From assembly GCA_003344405.1 (NCBI GenBank), contig NOWV01000026.1, forward strand, positions 124,001-188,000: a stretch of DNA of 64,000 bases, written 5' to 3'. The notes beneath the pieces are model-generated. The model was not told the origin of the DNA. It searched no databases and saw nothing but the letters and a program-made list of their open reading frames with translations. Shown piece by piece: positions 26,108-39,034 of this stretch (position 1 is the first letter of the stretch; each line of letters starts with the position of its first letter). The position numbers and the translations under genes are program-made. Source of the DNA: Trichoplax sp. H2. Taxonomy: Eukaryota.

Positions 26108-29100
26108 ATGAGTGACGAAAAAGAAACCGTAGTATTGGCATACAGTGGCGGGCTCGATACTTCGTGTATCCTCGTTTGGTTGCAAGAGCAAGGTTTTAAC
26201 GTTATAGCTTACATGGTATGTAGTAGCATGGTAAAGTGTGTAATTTTGGTATAAACAAGCACTTTTTCGATGTTCGAACAACCATTGCGGTTATCTTTTA
26301 ACTCTATACAGTATAAGTTTGATATTTAGTCGTGCAAACGTACGCACGACATCCAGTATATGATGCTACGACCGTTAAATATGACCGTAATTGTCATACT
26401 GTACAGTATACTTTTAAATGATTTAAATGAGTAACTCAATGAGACCATTTTACACATTGTAATGGATGGTTAAGATTAAATTTTTATTTACCGTATATTA
26501 CAAAATGAATGTAATCTATATTAAAAATTAACTATAAATTACATTGCACATTACTGTACAGTACATCTAATAGGCACGATAAACTGCATAGTTTACGCAT
26601 AATTATCGAAATTAATCAGCTTTCTATGTAACTCTTTGATATACTGTATTATATGAATCCTACGAAGCAAATGTTTGGTAAAGAATGATCTCTACCATAG
26701 TATGCGGTAGTAGTCGTAACTGGAATGGTTACAATTATAATTATTGAATTTTATTCATTACTTATGAATATTAATTCGTTCAGATTAAAATTATTATAAT
26801 ATTTACATTTAAGGATTTCTGATATCCTGTGCCGTTAGCAGAAGGGTTACAGTCTTAGTGATAAATGATTGCAATTAATTTAAACGCGCTTATAGATAGA
26901 TACCCTTTGGCCTAAAGGGTCTCATTTCAGTCTGCGGTAATAATTATTTAATTATTTTATATAGTATTTAAGCATACATAATGGTTAAGTTAATGCAACG
27001 TTTATTAGAAGAATCTTATATGGATAATATTTCCCTAATATTTTATTGCGCCTCTAATATAGTTTTGTATTACATATATTCTGGATAAGTTATATTGTGA
27101 ACTAGAGAGACAAAGAACACCTGTGTAAAGGATTTGCTATCTGATATGATTTTTTTATAAGATTATCTAATGGCCAGTTTACTTTAGGCTGATGTTGGCC
27201 AGGAAGAAGATATGGAAGGTGCTAAAGCGAAGGCCAAAAAACTTGGTGCTACAAAAGTTAGTAAATTGAAATATTTTTACGATTAACAGTAAATAATAAA
27301 ATTCAGAGGTGTGCTATTTCGTAACGATTGTTTTATTAACCTTTATGAACAAACTAAATATGGGCGTATACTGATCAGTTCCTATTTAATGGATGTGATT
27401 GCATTTGTTAAGGTTTTCTTAGAAGATTTAAGACAACAATTTGTTGAAGAATTTGTTTTTGCCGCTATTAAATCTAATGCTGCTTATGAAGATCGCTACT
27501 TAATGGGGACAGGTATGGTACATTTATAAATAAGCTAACAGTTTAAATGAGAATGAATTGACGCCAAAGTGCTTGTTACAACTGCTATTGTAACACAAAC
27601 GACTATCGAATACTACAAGATCGATCACTAATAAAATTCCTCAATCGTCCCACTGATTGAGTCAAGCACTAATGTAGTTAACTAAGTACTTGATCGTCTC
27701 CATGACTAGTATCCCAAGTCTCGCACAGAATAGCCATAGCCGTGTACGGTAATTAAATTTTATTACTAAGCAGGCATGAACGTTCTCATCAAAATGCAAA
27801 CCGAATTTCATATTTATAGAAATCTTTAGATCAAGATAACTTAAACCAGTTTGGATGAGTTATACAATCACACGATGACAATCCATCCAAAAAGTTTCAA
27901 ACACGACTCTACTTAACCTTAGTCAAAGCAGTTAATTACTTAATACTTAAATAATATAAGCATTAAAAAATAGCGGAAGGAAAGTATAATAAGCCTTTAG
28001 AATGTAATATATAGGCATTCTCACGGTCAAAGCTTGACTGTGACAGTGCTATAGTAGAATGGTTGTTAGACTGATGTCTCACGTCAAATATCAAGCATGA
28101 CCTTGGTAAATAATGCCATGTTTTTTAAGATTAAAGCATTGAAAAGTAAGGCATGTTGTGGATTACGGTTTGTTAAAGTGGTATTGAAACATAGTAAAAT
28201 GCGACTACATTACAATTTAGTGTACTTATTTTAAATCTTTAATAACTGATATATCATGTTCGATTACGGTTTGTCATTATTTGGTAAATGCTAGAGGCCT
28301 CTTAACGAATTTTATCATGCGCTAGTGCCCAAAATTATGAATTGGCACTAGCTCTGCTTAGTTATGCGTGCCATATCTTTTAATCTTGAATACCCTATAT
28401 CTATGCAATATGACCAGCAGTTTTGATTTGAATTAATGGGAATAAATGGTCAACTGATAAATGATTCTTATTCTGATGAATGTATTACGATTTTCAGTCG
28501 CTGCTTATATTTCAGTAATTGGGTCAACACGATATCGGTGATTTTTAGACTCTACAGAATTAGTCTACATGACCTAGAAATATTTGGACTAGATTAGGTA
28601 GTTTCTTTGCTTCTGACAGAGGTATTACTGAATTATGAATTATTGTCACAAATATTCTAATTGGAATCTTAAATCATGATAGTTTATAAAATCAAGTACG
28701 AGCATTTAAAATAGTATCAATATCTTCAGAACTCACACTCTTTAATTCTATGTGCCAATATGATGGTTTGTATAATTTAATGACTATGACGTCATTATAG
28801 TTATTGACTGGCTTGCTTTAATCTTAAAATAATTACTCGTATGTTGAAGCTCTTAGGAAAATGGAACATGCTAAATAATTTTGCATCATTGATCGGCGGC
28901 AACTTGATATTTAAATCTTTGTTATCGTTACAGCTTTCGCCCGTCCATGCATCGCGCGTCGTCAGGTCGAGATTGCTTTGCAAGAAAATGCCCGCTACTT
29001 ATCTCATGGAGCCACTGGCAAAGTGAGCTTGTATAGCTATCGCAGTTTAAAGAGATTACTAAATTGTTCATAGAGATTGCTTTTTCCGCAAATTACTTTA

Positions 29101-31851
29101 TGCTAGTTAGATAATAGACATAACTGCTTACATTTATCCAAATTTTAGGGCAACGATCAAGTTCGATTTGAACTAACGTACTATGCTCTATATCCTGAGG
29201 CTAAAGTGAGATATGTGCTTGTTTTAAGTCAATTCTAATTCAGGAATGTTTATTTTTAGCATCTATGATTGCATATACTTAAGCTGAAGGGTTCTAATAG
29301 TAATAAGTTTGTTACCATTATATTGATTTTTAAAAATCATTTACTTCTAGGTTATTGCACCATGGAGACTACCTGAGTTCTACAATCGTTTTAAAGGAAG
29401 AACCGATCTGTTTGAATATGCTAAGGTATAATATCGTAAAGTCACTCACAAATATAGCGAACGATTATGTAAAAATCATAGATTGAATATACGGATAGAG
29501 ATATAAGGAATGTAACATTAGATTTAGAATCATAACGAAATGATTCTAGCTAGAGTCTTTAAATGTATAGGCCCACGACATCCCTTTACCCGTAACTCCA
29601 AAGAAACCGTGGAGTATCGACGAGAATATGATGCATGTGAGGTAAAAGAAACTTTTATAACAAAAGCAGTAATAGTTATTATGATGCTTTGAAAAATGTT
29701 GATCGATTACTGAATGGTAAAAGTTAAAATGTAAGCATTGCGTAAAGGTAGAAATGGCGTTAAGAGTCTCCTCAAGTTATTATATCGAGCTATTGGGACA
29801 TTTTTGCTATATTTATGCAGCTACATTTTCTAAGGTAATATATTAAAACTTATTCACCTTCATATTTTATATGTATGAAGTTACGAAGCTGGGTTACTAG
29901 AGAATCCATGGGTAAGCATAGAGTGATTTAATTTTTGGTTCATATAGAGTAAGAATGACTTCATACCTACAGCAAAATTTTGAAGGGCTATTTTAATTAC
30001 CTTCATTTGTTGCAGGAAATCGCTCCGGATGATTTATACAAGACGACAGTTGACCCGAAAGATGCTCCCAATGAAGTTTGTTAATTTAAATTTTTAAATA
30101 GTATAGTGTAATTCGCTATTTATCATAAAATTTCATGAATAATTAACAGTTAGAATCATATCTCCTGTGCTGTATAGTACATACTGTAATTCTTGATCAT
30201 AGTATTCAATTTCTTCCATTATTATATACATTCTTTAGCCTGACGTTCTGGATATTGAGTTTAAAGCTGGTAATTTCTCTTTAAATATTGTTACTATATG
30301 TAAATTTGTTAATTTGGCAATACAGTATTTTTAAAAAGGCTGATTGTTTATTTTACTGTATTACCTAACGGAATTTTCTGAAATTAAACATTGACTTCAA
30401 GGGATTCCGATCTCTGTGAAAAATGTTAATTCTGGAGATGTTTATTCAAATCCTATGCAGCTATTCCTTTACTTAAACACGATCGGGTAAACTGCTATAG
30501 TGATAAAAGTAATAACAATTATATACTGTATTATCAATATGGTTTGCAAAATTGTGTCGCTTTTTGGTGGATACTGAACAATTTTTCGTCTTCTCGTATG
30601 ATTATAATATTAGCGCAATTTTCTATTTCCTTCTAGAACTCGCCATGGAATTGGAAGAATAGATATTGTGGAAAATCGTTTTATTGGAATGAAATCGAGG
30701 GGAATTTACGAAACGCGAGCCGCAACAATTCTACATGTTGCACATCTTGATATTGAAGCAATTTGTTTGGATAAGGTAAGCAGTAATTATTATAATAATC
30801 AGGTATCTTATCAAAGATCATATACCGGAAGCGTAAGAGTTTGGTATTTATTTCTGCAATGAAATTCCAATTTAATTTCAGGAGTTAAGAAAAATCAAGC
30901 AAGGTTTGAGTATCAAGTTATCTGAACAAGTTTATCATGGTAAAAATTTAACCTTGTATCAGATTGCAGGTGCAGTAAATGTAATGGATCTTTTATTTTT
31001 ATGATGAATTTCTGATGTAGGTCTGTGGTGGAGTCCAGAATGCATTTTTACGAGGTCTGCTAAATACACTACCTGTACTCGTATATTACACAAAAAGGCT
31101 TAATTATTTATACCTTGGAATCAATATTCGCCTTGCTTAAATACGTACTACGTAGTTATTTGATTTTCTAATAAGGATTTAGACTCGCTAAATTTTTGAA
31201 AACTGTTACTTTTTCAGATTTTGCATTGATAAAAGTCAAGAATGCGTGGCTGGAACTGTACGTGTTTCAGTTTTTAAAGGACAGGTAATACCGCAGATTT
31301 CTGGTTATATGATATAACTATTGTTACTTATGCAATATTTCGGTAATCATAATTTTAACAATATGTAACAAAGCTATTGAAAGTTGCAATATATTGTAAG
31401 TATCGAGATAAAAAACTGAACCTAAGCTATCACGGTATTGATATTCGTTACACTTTGTCTAATAATAACAGGTATACATTAAATGTCGTCGAGGTGATAT
31501 GTCATTATATAATGAAGAACTAGTAAGGTGAGCAGTCATACCGGAGCAGTGTTATCATGTATTTCAGATTATACACTGGTTTACATTTACGAGTAAACGT
31601 TAACATTCTACCTTGAGTTAAAAATCTTTTATCTATTTGTACCTACTACGTCAGTATGGATGTTTCTGGAAGTTATGATCCACAAGATGCCGGAGGTTTT
31701 ATCAAAATTAATGGATTGAGGTAAATTCTTTCGATCTTACTCTATCATTGGTGGCTCAGAAATAAACTTGCGCGTGATACTCATTATTGCGTTATGTATT
31801 TTTAGATTGCAGGAACATGCCCGGCTGCGCAAAACTCAGTCAAAATCTTAG
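26108..31851 (+). CDS. ASS1: Argininosuccinate synthase; 18 coding exons: 26108-26215, 27188-27256, 27413-27512, 28934-29022, 29149-29205, 29351-29425, 29571-29641, 29881-29911, 30016-30075, 30239-30269, 30402-30486, 30637-30775, 30882-30939, 31021-31054, 31218-31284, 31472-31527, 31655-31720, 31806-31851
   Basis: [93 protein letters not shown]. All joins are in frame. Confidence 0.97.
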
Positions 31852-32149
31852 GCGCAAAGTCTTCTCGTTTAGCTACTGCATAATGATATATATTATTTAT
31901 CTATCGTCACGCAGCTTGCAACCTTACGAGTATATAAGTAGGGATTCTACATTTACTGCTAGTACCGTCTAGAACTATTACTTAATCCACTGTCTTATTA
32001 AATTTTTAAATTAATAGAAATTTGATAGATTCATCAAATTTTCATTGGTAGTAAGCAATACATAGTTTTAGCCCAAACTTGCTATAAATTTTACTTTATT
32101 AAGAATCGGCTTGCTTTTTACGAATAAAGTAGCAACTAAAAAGGTACAT

Positions 32150-35100
32150 TCACACAGAACGGTCTCGCATTCTTTTGTGTCTCTTAGAAAAGAACGCCTG
32201 AATAGCTGCTTTTGTCTTTCTTTTTTTCGGAGCAGCCGCTTTTATATTATCGTCAGTATCTAGAGCTAAATCTTGAATAGATGCAATAGAGTCCCAGGAA
32301 AGTACTATTAATATTATTATCAAGCCATAAAGTTACCAGAAATGAAAGCAAAATATTAAACGTTAATAACCTGTTACCGGCAGTTTCTCGCTTGCAAGAT
32401 TATCCTCCACCGAGTTGTCCATATTCTTAAGACCTTTCATTCCTGCTAAAGATCTCGCACTACAACGTTCATATTCACTTTAGTAACGCTCGAGAGTATA
32501 TGAGATACCCGCTGATGATATTAATGGCTTAACAATTACCGGTGAGCTTCCTTTTTCAACTTTTTATTTAATAGGTTCTGTTCCTGCTGGTTACGTCGCT
32601 CAAGTTTCAATTTCCTAGAATAATTAGATTGTATGATTTCATATTCTGGTAATCTGCTGAGGCGAACTTTAATAGAACATAAAAATTACTTTTTCCCTTC
32701 CAATTTCGATTTTATTGCATCAATTTCAAATTTGGTTTTCGTAACTGATAATGTAATCCATTATGATAATATGCATTAGATTAGACCTGATTAGATAAGT
32801 CATTAACTTTACGGATTCAGGGAATTAATATTACGCGTATAACTCAACTAACCATATTGGTGATACAAGACGTTCCCAGTGCACACCCCCTCTTCAATCT
32901 TAATTAGATTAAAAGTCATTCGAGGTCCTAGCTAAATAGCATTTAGTACAGATTTATTTTCGAAGTCAACGTAATAATTAATATATTATATTATACATTA
33001 CGATATGAAACCTCGGTTAAACGGATAGCGCTCTGCTGAGATTTGATATTTCCTCTACCAGAAATGGCCTGCGGTAAGGTAACATGGGACTCAGGACCTG
33101 CATCATCCATTTCACTTTCACTACCGTAACCATTTCTATTTTAAAACATACGCAGATAACAAAAATTTCGGTTATTACTGATACTGCTAGTACAAAATGA
33201 TCAAAAATTCGTTAGAGAACTTCGTTATCATGCCTTGCAAAATAGTCACTAATGTCATTCAGTTCGCTCAAATTCGGAATTTTTTGTTTCAGTAACTTTC
33301 TAAGGTTTTTACTGATACCGACCGGGGCGGCATGGATATTGCTGAATTTTAAATCAAATTTAATTTCTTAAAAATCCATACAAATATACTAAATGAAAGA
33401 TATATAGTAGGTTACGTACTAATGTCGAAAATCAATTGTATTCTTTCCGTGATTAAAGTTTATAAGTACACATCTTCTGATATTTACTAGTTGGACCTTG
33501 AAAATCATAATTTGTCGAAAAATTTGAACCATTAGAGAATGCAATCTATAGCTGTAATGGAGAATAATTCTCCACGAAAATCGAGTAAAATGCTTTAAAT
33601 TTTGTTAAATATGGTTTACAATACCTTTTCCACATTTATAGAAGAAAACATATTCTGAAACATAGTTACAGTCAGGGTATGCGATAAATTGTCTGGTATA
33701 AATCCACTCAATACCAACTAATGGCAAAAACGGGAAAGGTTAGGAATATTAGGCAATACAGTCATAACACCTTGACATACACGTATTTATGAAAGCTGCT
33801 TCATCAATACCAGTGGATGATGCTTATACTGGATTTTTTCAGTCTTTGGCTTTGATAGATATGAGATAATATCTCTAGCATGGGTGTACTAAAATTTCGT
33901 ACAAACCAGATATAGAATGAATGTTTACATTAATAGCAGGTTGTTGTAATTTCTGGTATAATAAGGGTGTATGACAATACAAATGCTTATCATATTGTAA
34001 TATCTACAGCCTGCACATGACACGCATTCCGGGATCGAAACATACCGAATCCACACGAAAAGTGATCGTTGGTCCTTGCGGTAATTTAGCGATTTTCTGG
34101 ATATAAAGATAAATCTTGTCAAACAAGGTTTGATATTAAATATATGTTTAAATACCATTTACATAGGTAAAATAAACGACATTTACTATCGTTATACTTT
34201 TACTTAAATTCTAATTTTAATTGACGCATAACATTTACTATCGCTGTTGCGTTAACGGTTAGTATGCGAGCATATATAGCGATGTAATTACAAAACTTTA
34301 TCACAGGTGAGTGAATAAATTTGTTTCCGACAGTTTACTTTCCAGGCTTTTGCTAGCAACAAACATACCAAGTAAGTACCCTTATCAGTCCTAGATATGA
34401 TTAAGAAATGAGTCACTCCAAGCGGACCTGCAGCATGAATGAAATCTTTTAATGAATTCTTATGTTGAACCTAGCGCAACAAAGGAAAAACAGTTAATAA
34501 ATCACGTCAATTCGTATCTACTAATTCTATTCTTGATACAGTAAAAGTGTATAAATACGCAGATAAATCGATTAGTAATATATAGTTGGTTAATTCACAC
34601 ACCGAAAGGAGATCTAAGAATCCAAATTAAAAATAGGAGTAACAGACAGTATAGGAACGCACTAAGATACTGTATACGTAAGCAATTAAGTGTAAATAAC
34701 GTCGACTGCTTGCGATTCTCTGGTACATGCTATGTCGCTTATAGCCATGGGAAATTTAATGATATACGCAAATTACATTCAAATTTCGATAAATTAGGGT
34801 ATTTGAATCATTGATTCGGCGGTTTGAGTGTAAAATGAGTTAAAAAAGGAAAATTACTATCACTAATAGTTACATCTAATGGAATACGGATACTAATTTT
34901 AAGTATTGCATTAAATTAGGAAATTTTACTAAGAATAACATAATACATGCGTACTGCACTGCACGTTCAGTAATAACATTATACACTAAGTCTACTTTTA
35001 CTACAAAATTTGATTCTATAATAAAACATATTGCATGGCAAAAACACTGCTTAACGTAGACTATTTAGAGAGTTTCTAATACAAGTTTGTTTTTAGGCTA

Positions 35101-35783
35101 GAGCTATAGTATTTCTTGGTTTAATTCAATATTTTTTATTGCATTTTAATTTGGCATGGATTTTCCAAATCTTGAGGCAGTTTGAAACCAGACCAATACG
35201 TTCTGACTAAATCGTAGGTAATCATTTTAATTTCTCCTGAAATTTAAGACTATGGTACCTTCAATCGCCTAGCGGTGTAGGGCTCCATGACCATTCTTAA
35301 ATCTTTCATTAACCTAAGACCACTGCTGCCTATCTTACCATTTTGTAAAACAAATGTTCGAGGGGTTTTTAAATCACCAGAATTCTCATTACCAGCGTGA
35401 ACTCTCTGAAATCGTGTAAGTGAAATACTTGTTAACAGGCAAGCTATCACTAGTGCAGCTAAAAATATGTATCATTTAATGCACACCATTCTCGATGATT
35501 ACATTAACTGGATAAATTAAATCCATAGCTGAATCGGTTGTATTATTAGTAACTGACAGAATAAAATTATTCTAACTTTTAAGAATTGTAATCGTCAAGA
35601 ATCGAAATATCTCACCACACTTTAGGTTTATTAATGCAATGGAGTGCAAGGTGCACAAGAACTTTAGTACAGTATATGAAAATGCTCGCAAAATCGGCCT
35701 TAGAGACATGAAAGTGCAATGCTACTTCACTTTAGAGCATACTTCGAGCAAAGCATTCAATTGCTTACCTTCTTTCTTCCCAT
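32150..35783 (-). CDS. PPAN: Peter pan / Ssf1 Brix-domain ribosome biogenesis factor, multi-exon (first coding exon is only MGRKK, 35783-35769)
   Basis: Exons read DLRMVMEPYTARRLK, KNSLKDFIHAAGPLGVTHF, KLPQGPTITF, FQNMFSSINV, IRRCVLINF...IDFRH, GSESE, QQSAIRLTE-LGPRMTFNLIKIEEGVCTGNVLYH. Confidence 0.93.
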
Positions 35784-35876
35784 ATTGGTAAATATGTGAT
35801 ATTACTCAGGGAGATGTGGGAAAATTCGATAGCTACTTAGCGTAAGTACAGTTGTAGAATAGTTGTAGACTTGTAG

Positions 35877-36063
35877 TACTGTACACCGTATAGTATTTTG
35901 CACTCAGAGGCAGAGGAAATCTTTATGGTTTCTTATCCGGTAATACAGTACAATGTACCTTGCACTGTACTACTGTACAGTATATTACACCGTAAATGAG
36001 TAGACAGTACAGTACTGTACTGTACCTACAATACAGTACAGTATACCTTGCACTGTACTGTAC
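35877..36063. promoter_or_regulatory. TACAG/CTGTA array within the probable bidirectional promoter of PPAN and MAPEG-5
   Basis: Start codons at 35783 (-) and 36093 (+) are only ~310 bp apart, and the array occupies part of that gap. Confidence 0.7.
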
Positions 36064-36092
36064 ATTTCACAACTGTGGATAAGATCAGAAAG

Positions 36093-37291
36093 ATGGATGA
36101 GCAAAATCAGTTATTATCATTTTCCAATCCGGTTTTCAATGCTTACGCATTTTATGCTGTTATCATCGTCCTAAAGGTCCTGACAATGGCAGTTAATACA
36201 GGCCGTCTCAGGCAAAAGAATACCGTAAGTAGCTACGTAATCCCAGCAATTAACGAATTCCTTTAGTTAATCTAGCGCAGTGTACGAATTCAAGAGAAAT
36301 CTCTGCATACACAGTACTCTACTTATTAAAGTTGAAGAACAGTATTCAGTATTCAACCGCCACCTACTTACATATTTCAGAGGCCTATGTAACATTCTGT
36401 ACAATGCACATTGCACATACTCAAAATGGCAACATGTAGGGTTTACATATTGATGAATTCCTTTAATATTCTCTGACGAACTAGGCCTTCTCAAATCCAG
36501 AAGATGCCATCTTATTTGGTATAGAACCATCCAAAAAAAATGTCAACGTCAAACATCCAGATGTAGAACGCTTTGTGAGGTTTGCAAAAATTTTCGTAAA
36601 ACGTAGTACTGTACTCTACCTGTAATTGCAGCCTCTACATATTCGAAAAACATTACCATTTTTATTGTACTGGTGTGTATAGTATAATCATCTGGAGTCA
36701 TCGTAGGCTTCTCATCCTTCTAAAAGAGCAGTTTATTATTATTACTTGTAGCAGGTCATCATGCCCAGTACTGTAATTATATTATAATGTACTGTACATT
36801 ACAATACACATTTATACTTGTATCACTTGTGTTCTTGTGAACACTTCAGTATAATGCACAACTTGTGATTTCGCTTACCAAAGTACTGCAGCTAGATTTA
36901 CTCAAAGATGCTTAATCTGCACATACTACCGCACACATACATCGTATCAATTACGAAGTGGATTTGATCCAAACTCGAGGAATATCTGCTACTGAAATGA
37001 AAGTTTAATATGCTATAATGTACTAATTACTCTATCATTTATTGTAGGGCCCATAGAAATGATTTAGAAAACATCATTTCTTTCCTATTTGTTGGATTTT
37101 TATATGTTTTAACGGATCCACCGTATGATATAAGTATATACTGCTTCCGAATATTTACTTTAGCTCGTATTATTCATTCAGTATCGAGCGTGAAAGGTTA
37201 TTTATTCGGAAAGTACTGCAGCTTTGGAGTAGGGCTTCTTACTACCATATTCATGATTTATAAAGTTTTAATTACTTCTAAATATTACTAA
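36093..37291 (+). CDS. MAPEG family, MGST1/PTGES-like (copy 5); exons 36093-36224, 36485-36579, 37048-37291
   Basis: LLSFSNPVFNAYAFYAVIIVLKV...GRLRQKNT-AFSNPEDA...HPDVERFVRAHRNDLENI. The RAHRND and NPED motifs resemble PTGES. Confidence 0.92.
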
Positions 37292-39034
37292 AATAGCTTG
37301 TATTTTATATATAGTATAATACAATTTATAGTGTATAATATAGCCATTTTACTGTCTGTAGAGCGACTGACAAAATTCTACCTGCTTTGTATTTTGATGC
37401 GGTACTTTTTGAGGAAAGTGCGGCCTTGGTACTTTACTATCTACTGTACTGTGAACTTTATATTGTTCCGGTAGCGTGACATTGTAAGACAGTCACAATG
37501 ATTTATGATTGTGACTCATGATTCGATATTTGTGCCTGGAATGGAATTTCATATTATGATTTTTATAGTTATTAAGCATTGCTCTGTGAACTTTTTTTCG
37601 TATATAATACGGTAACTGATAGCTATAAGCAGTACTCCCAACTCACTTTTCATATTTATCACGTAGCTTGTTGTATCCAGTGCTTGACAGTAGTAGGATG
37701 AAGCTTTAGAAATTTGTATACCATGTATAATTTTTGCAGTAATTTATGTGGTGCAGTACGTAAATGGTACCTGTCTGTTAATAAAGCTCTAAATTTTAGC
37801 TAGTAAAGTCTGTTGTGGTGAAATGTCAGATTATTTTCTGATTAGTGTGTACTATGTACAAGAGTACAGACGCATTATATTAATACTGTATGTTTTCGGC
37901 AAAATTTTTTGAAAGAGAATTACTTAATTAATTAAATGTGCATCCAGCGCTCTATGCGAGACACTGCAAGTGGTATTGCCAAGGTATCTCATAATAGTAG
38001 TACTTTGTGTTCTGCACAGTGCAGTACGTTTTATCATATTTTAAACTTAACGGCATTTATATACAGTAAATACATTACTAAGATATGCAGCAGCAATTCC
38101 CGGCATGGAATAGAAATACTTGGAAGTCCTATTTCTACGAATACTGGCAGCCAACTTACAATGAATAAAAGTGAAGTTGTAGTACCATAGGTGGTTTTTA
38201 CATATAACTATGTTTCAGTGAAGGTCGACGAAGACACAGCGACATACAATTTAAAAAAAGTAGATCAGATATAATAATAATGTATACGAGTCGTGTGTAG
38301 AGTTTACCTGAAGTCAATATCATTTTGACGTGGTATGAGCGTCATAAACGATGAAAAAACGAAATGATCCAATACATTAAACATGAATCCAAACTTTAGT
38401 ACGCGTTCGTCTATAGTTACTTATGCTATATTTACGAGTTAAACTGTCATAGTGCTGCTAGTAAAAGTTCTGGCGACCGAATTCACTGATGATTTGTCAG
38501 GGTAGAAGACTGCGAGCGAAGCATAATGCGTTGTTATTGATTATATAACTATGCATAGTTTTAGTAAAGTAGAAACACAAATTAGTAAGGCATTCAGATA
38601 ATTGCGCGTACCTGGAGACTTTCAATATTTGCAAAATCCATTTTATTACAATAATTGGAAAATGATGTAGTTATACTATATCGAACTTTTGTTAAATAAT
38701 AACGGCAGAACTACAGTAGTTGTTACATAGATTGTATTTACAACGTTTATTTCTCATACATTCATTTGTGTGATGATACATTATTTAAATCAGTCAATAT
38801 CAACAGATTTTATCAAAAGTTTATTCCTTTGAGGTGAAATATAATATGCCCATGAACACAATTCCTTATCAAACATCTTTATTCTTCATTTCTTGGATCT
38901 TAAAGTAGATAAATTTGATCCAGACAAATCAAAACTGTGGAACATTATTGATAGCAGCGACCATAACTTCAGCATTCATATAGCAAAATAAAATATTTGA
39001 CACAACGTCTTTGCCTGGAGGGTACGGCTCCTGA

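Noticed and set aside
28801..29026. Overlapping ORFs in the ASS1 intron 3/exon 4 region as nested genes
   Set aside because: They are off-frame or antisense shadows of ASS1 exon 4.
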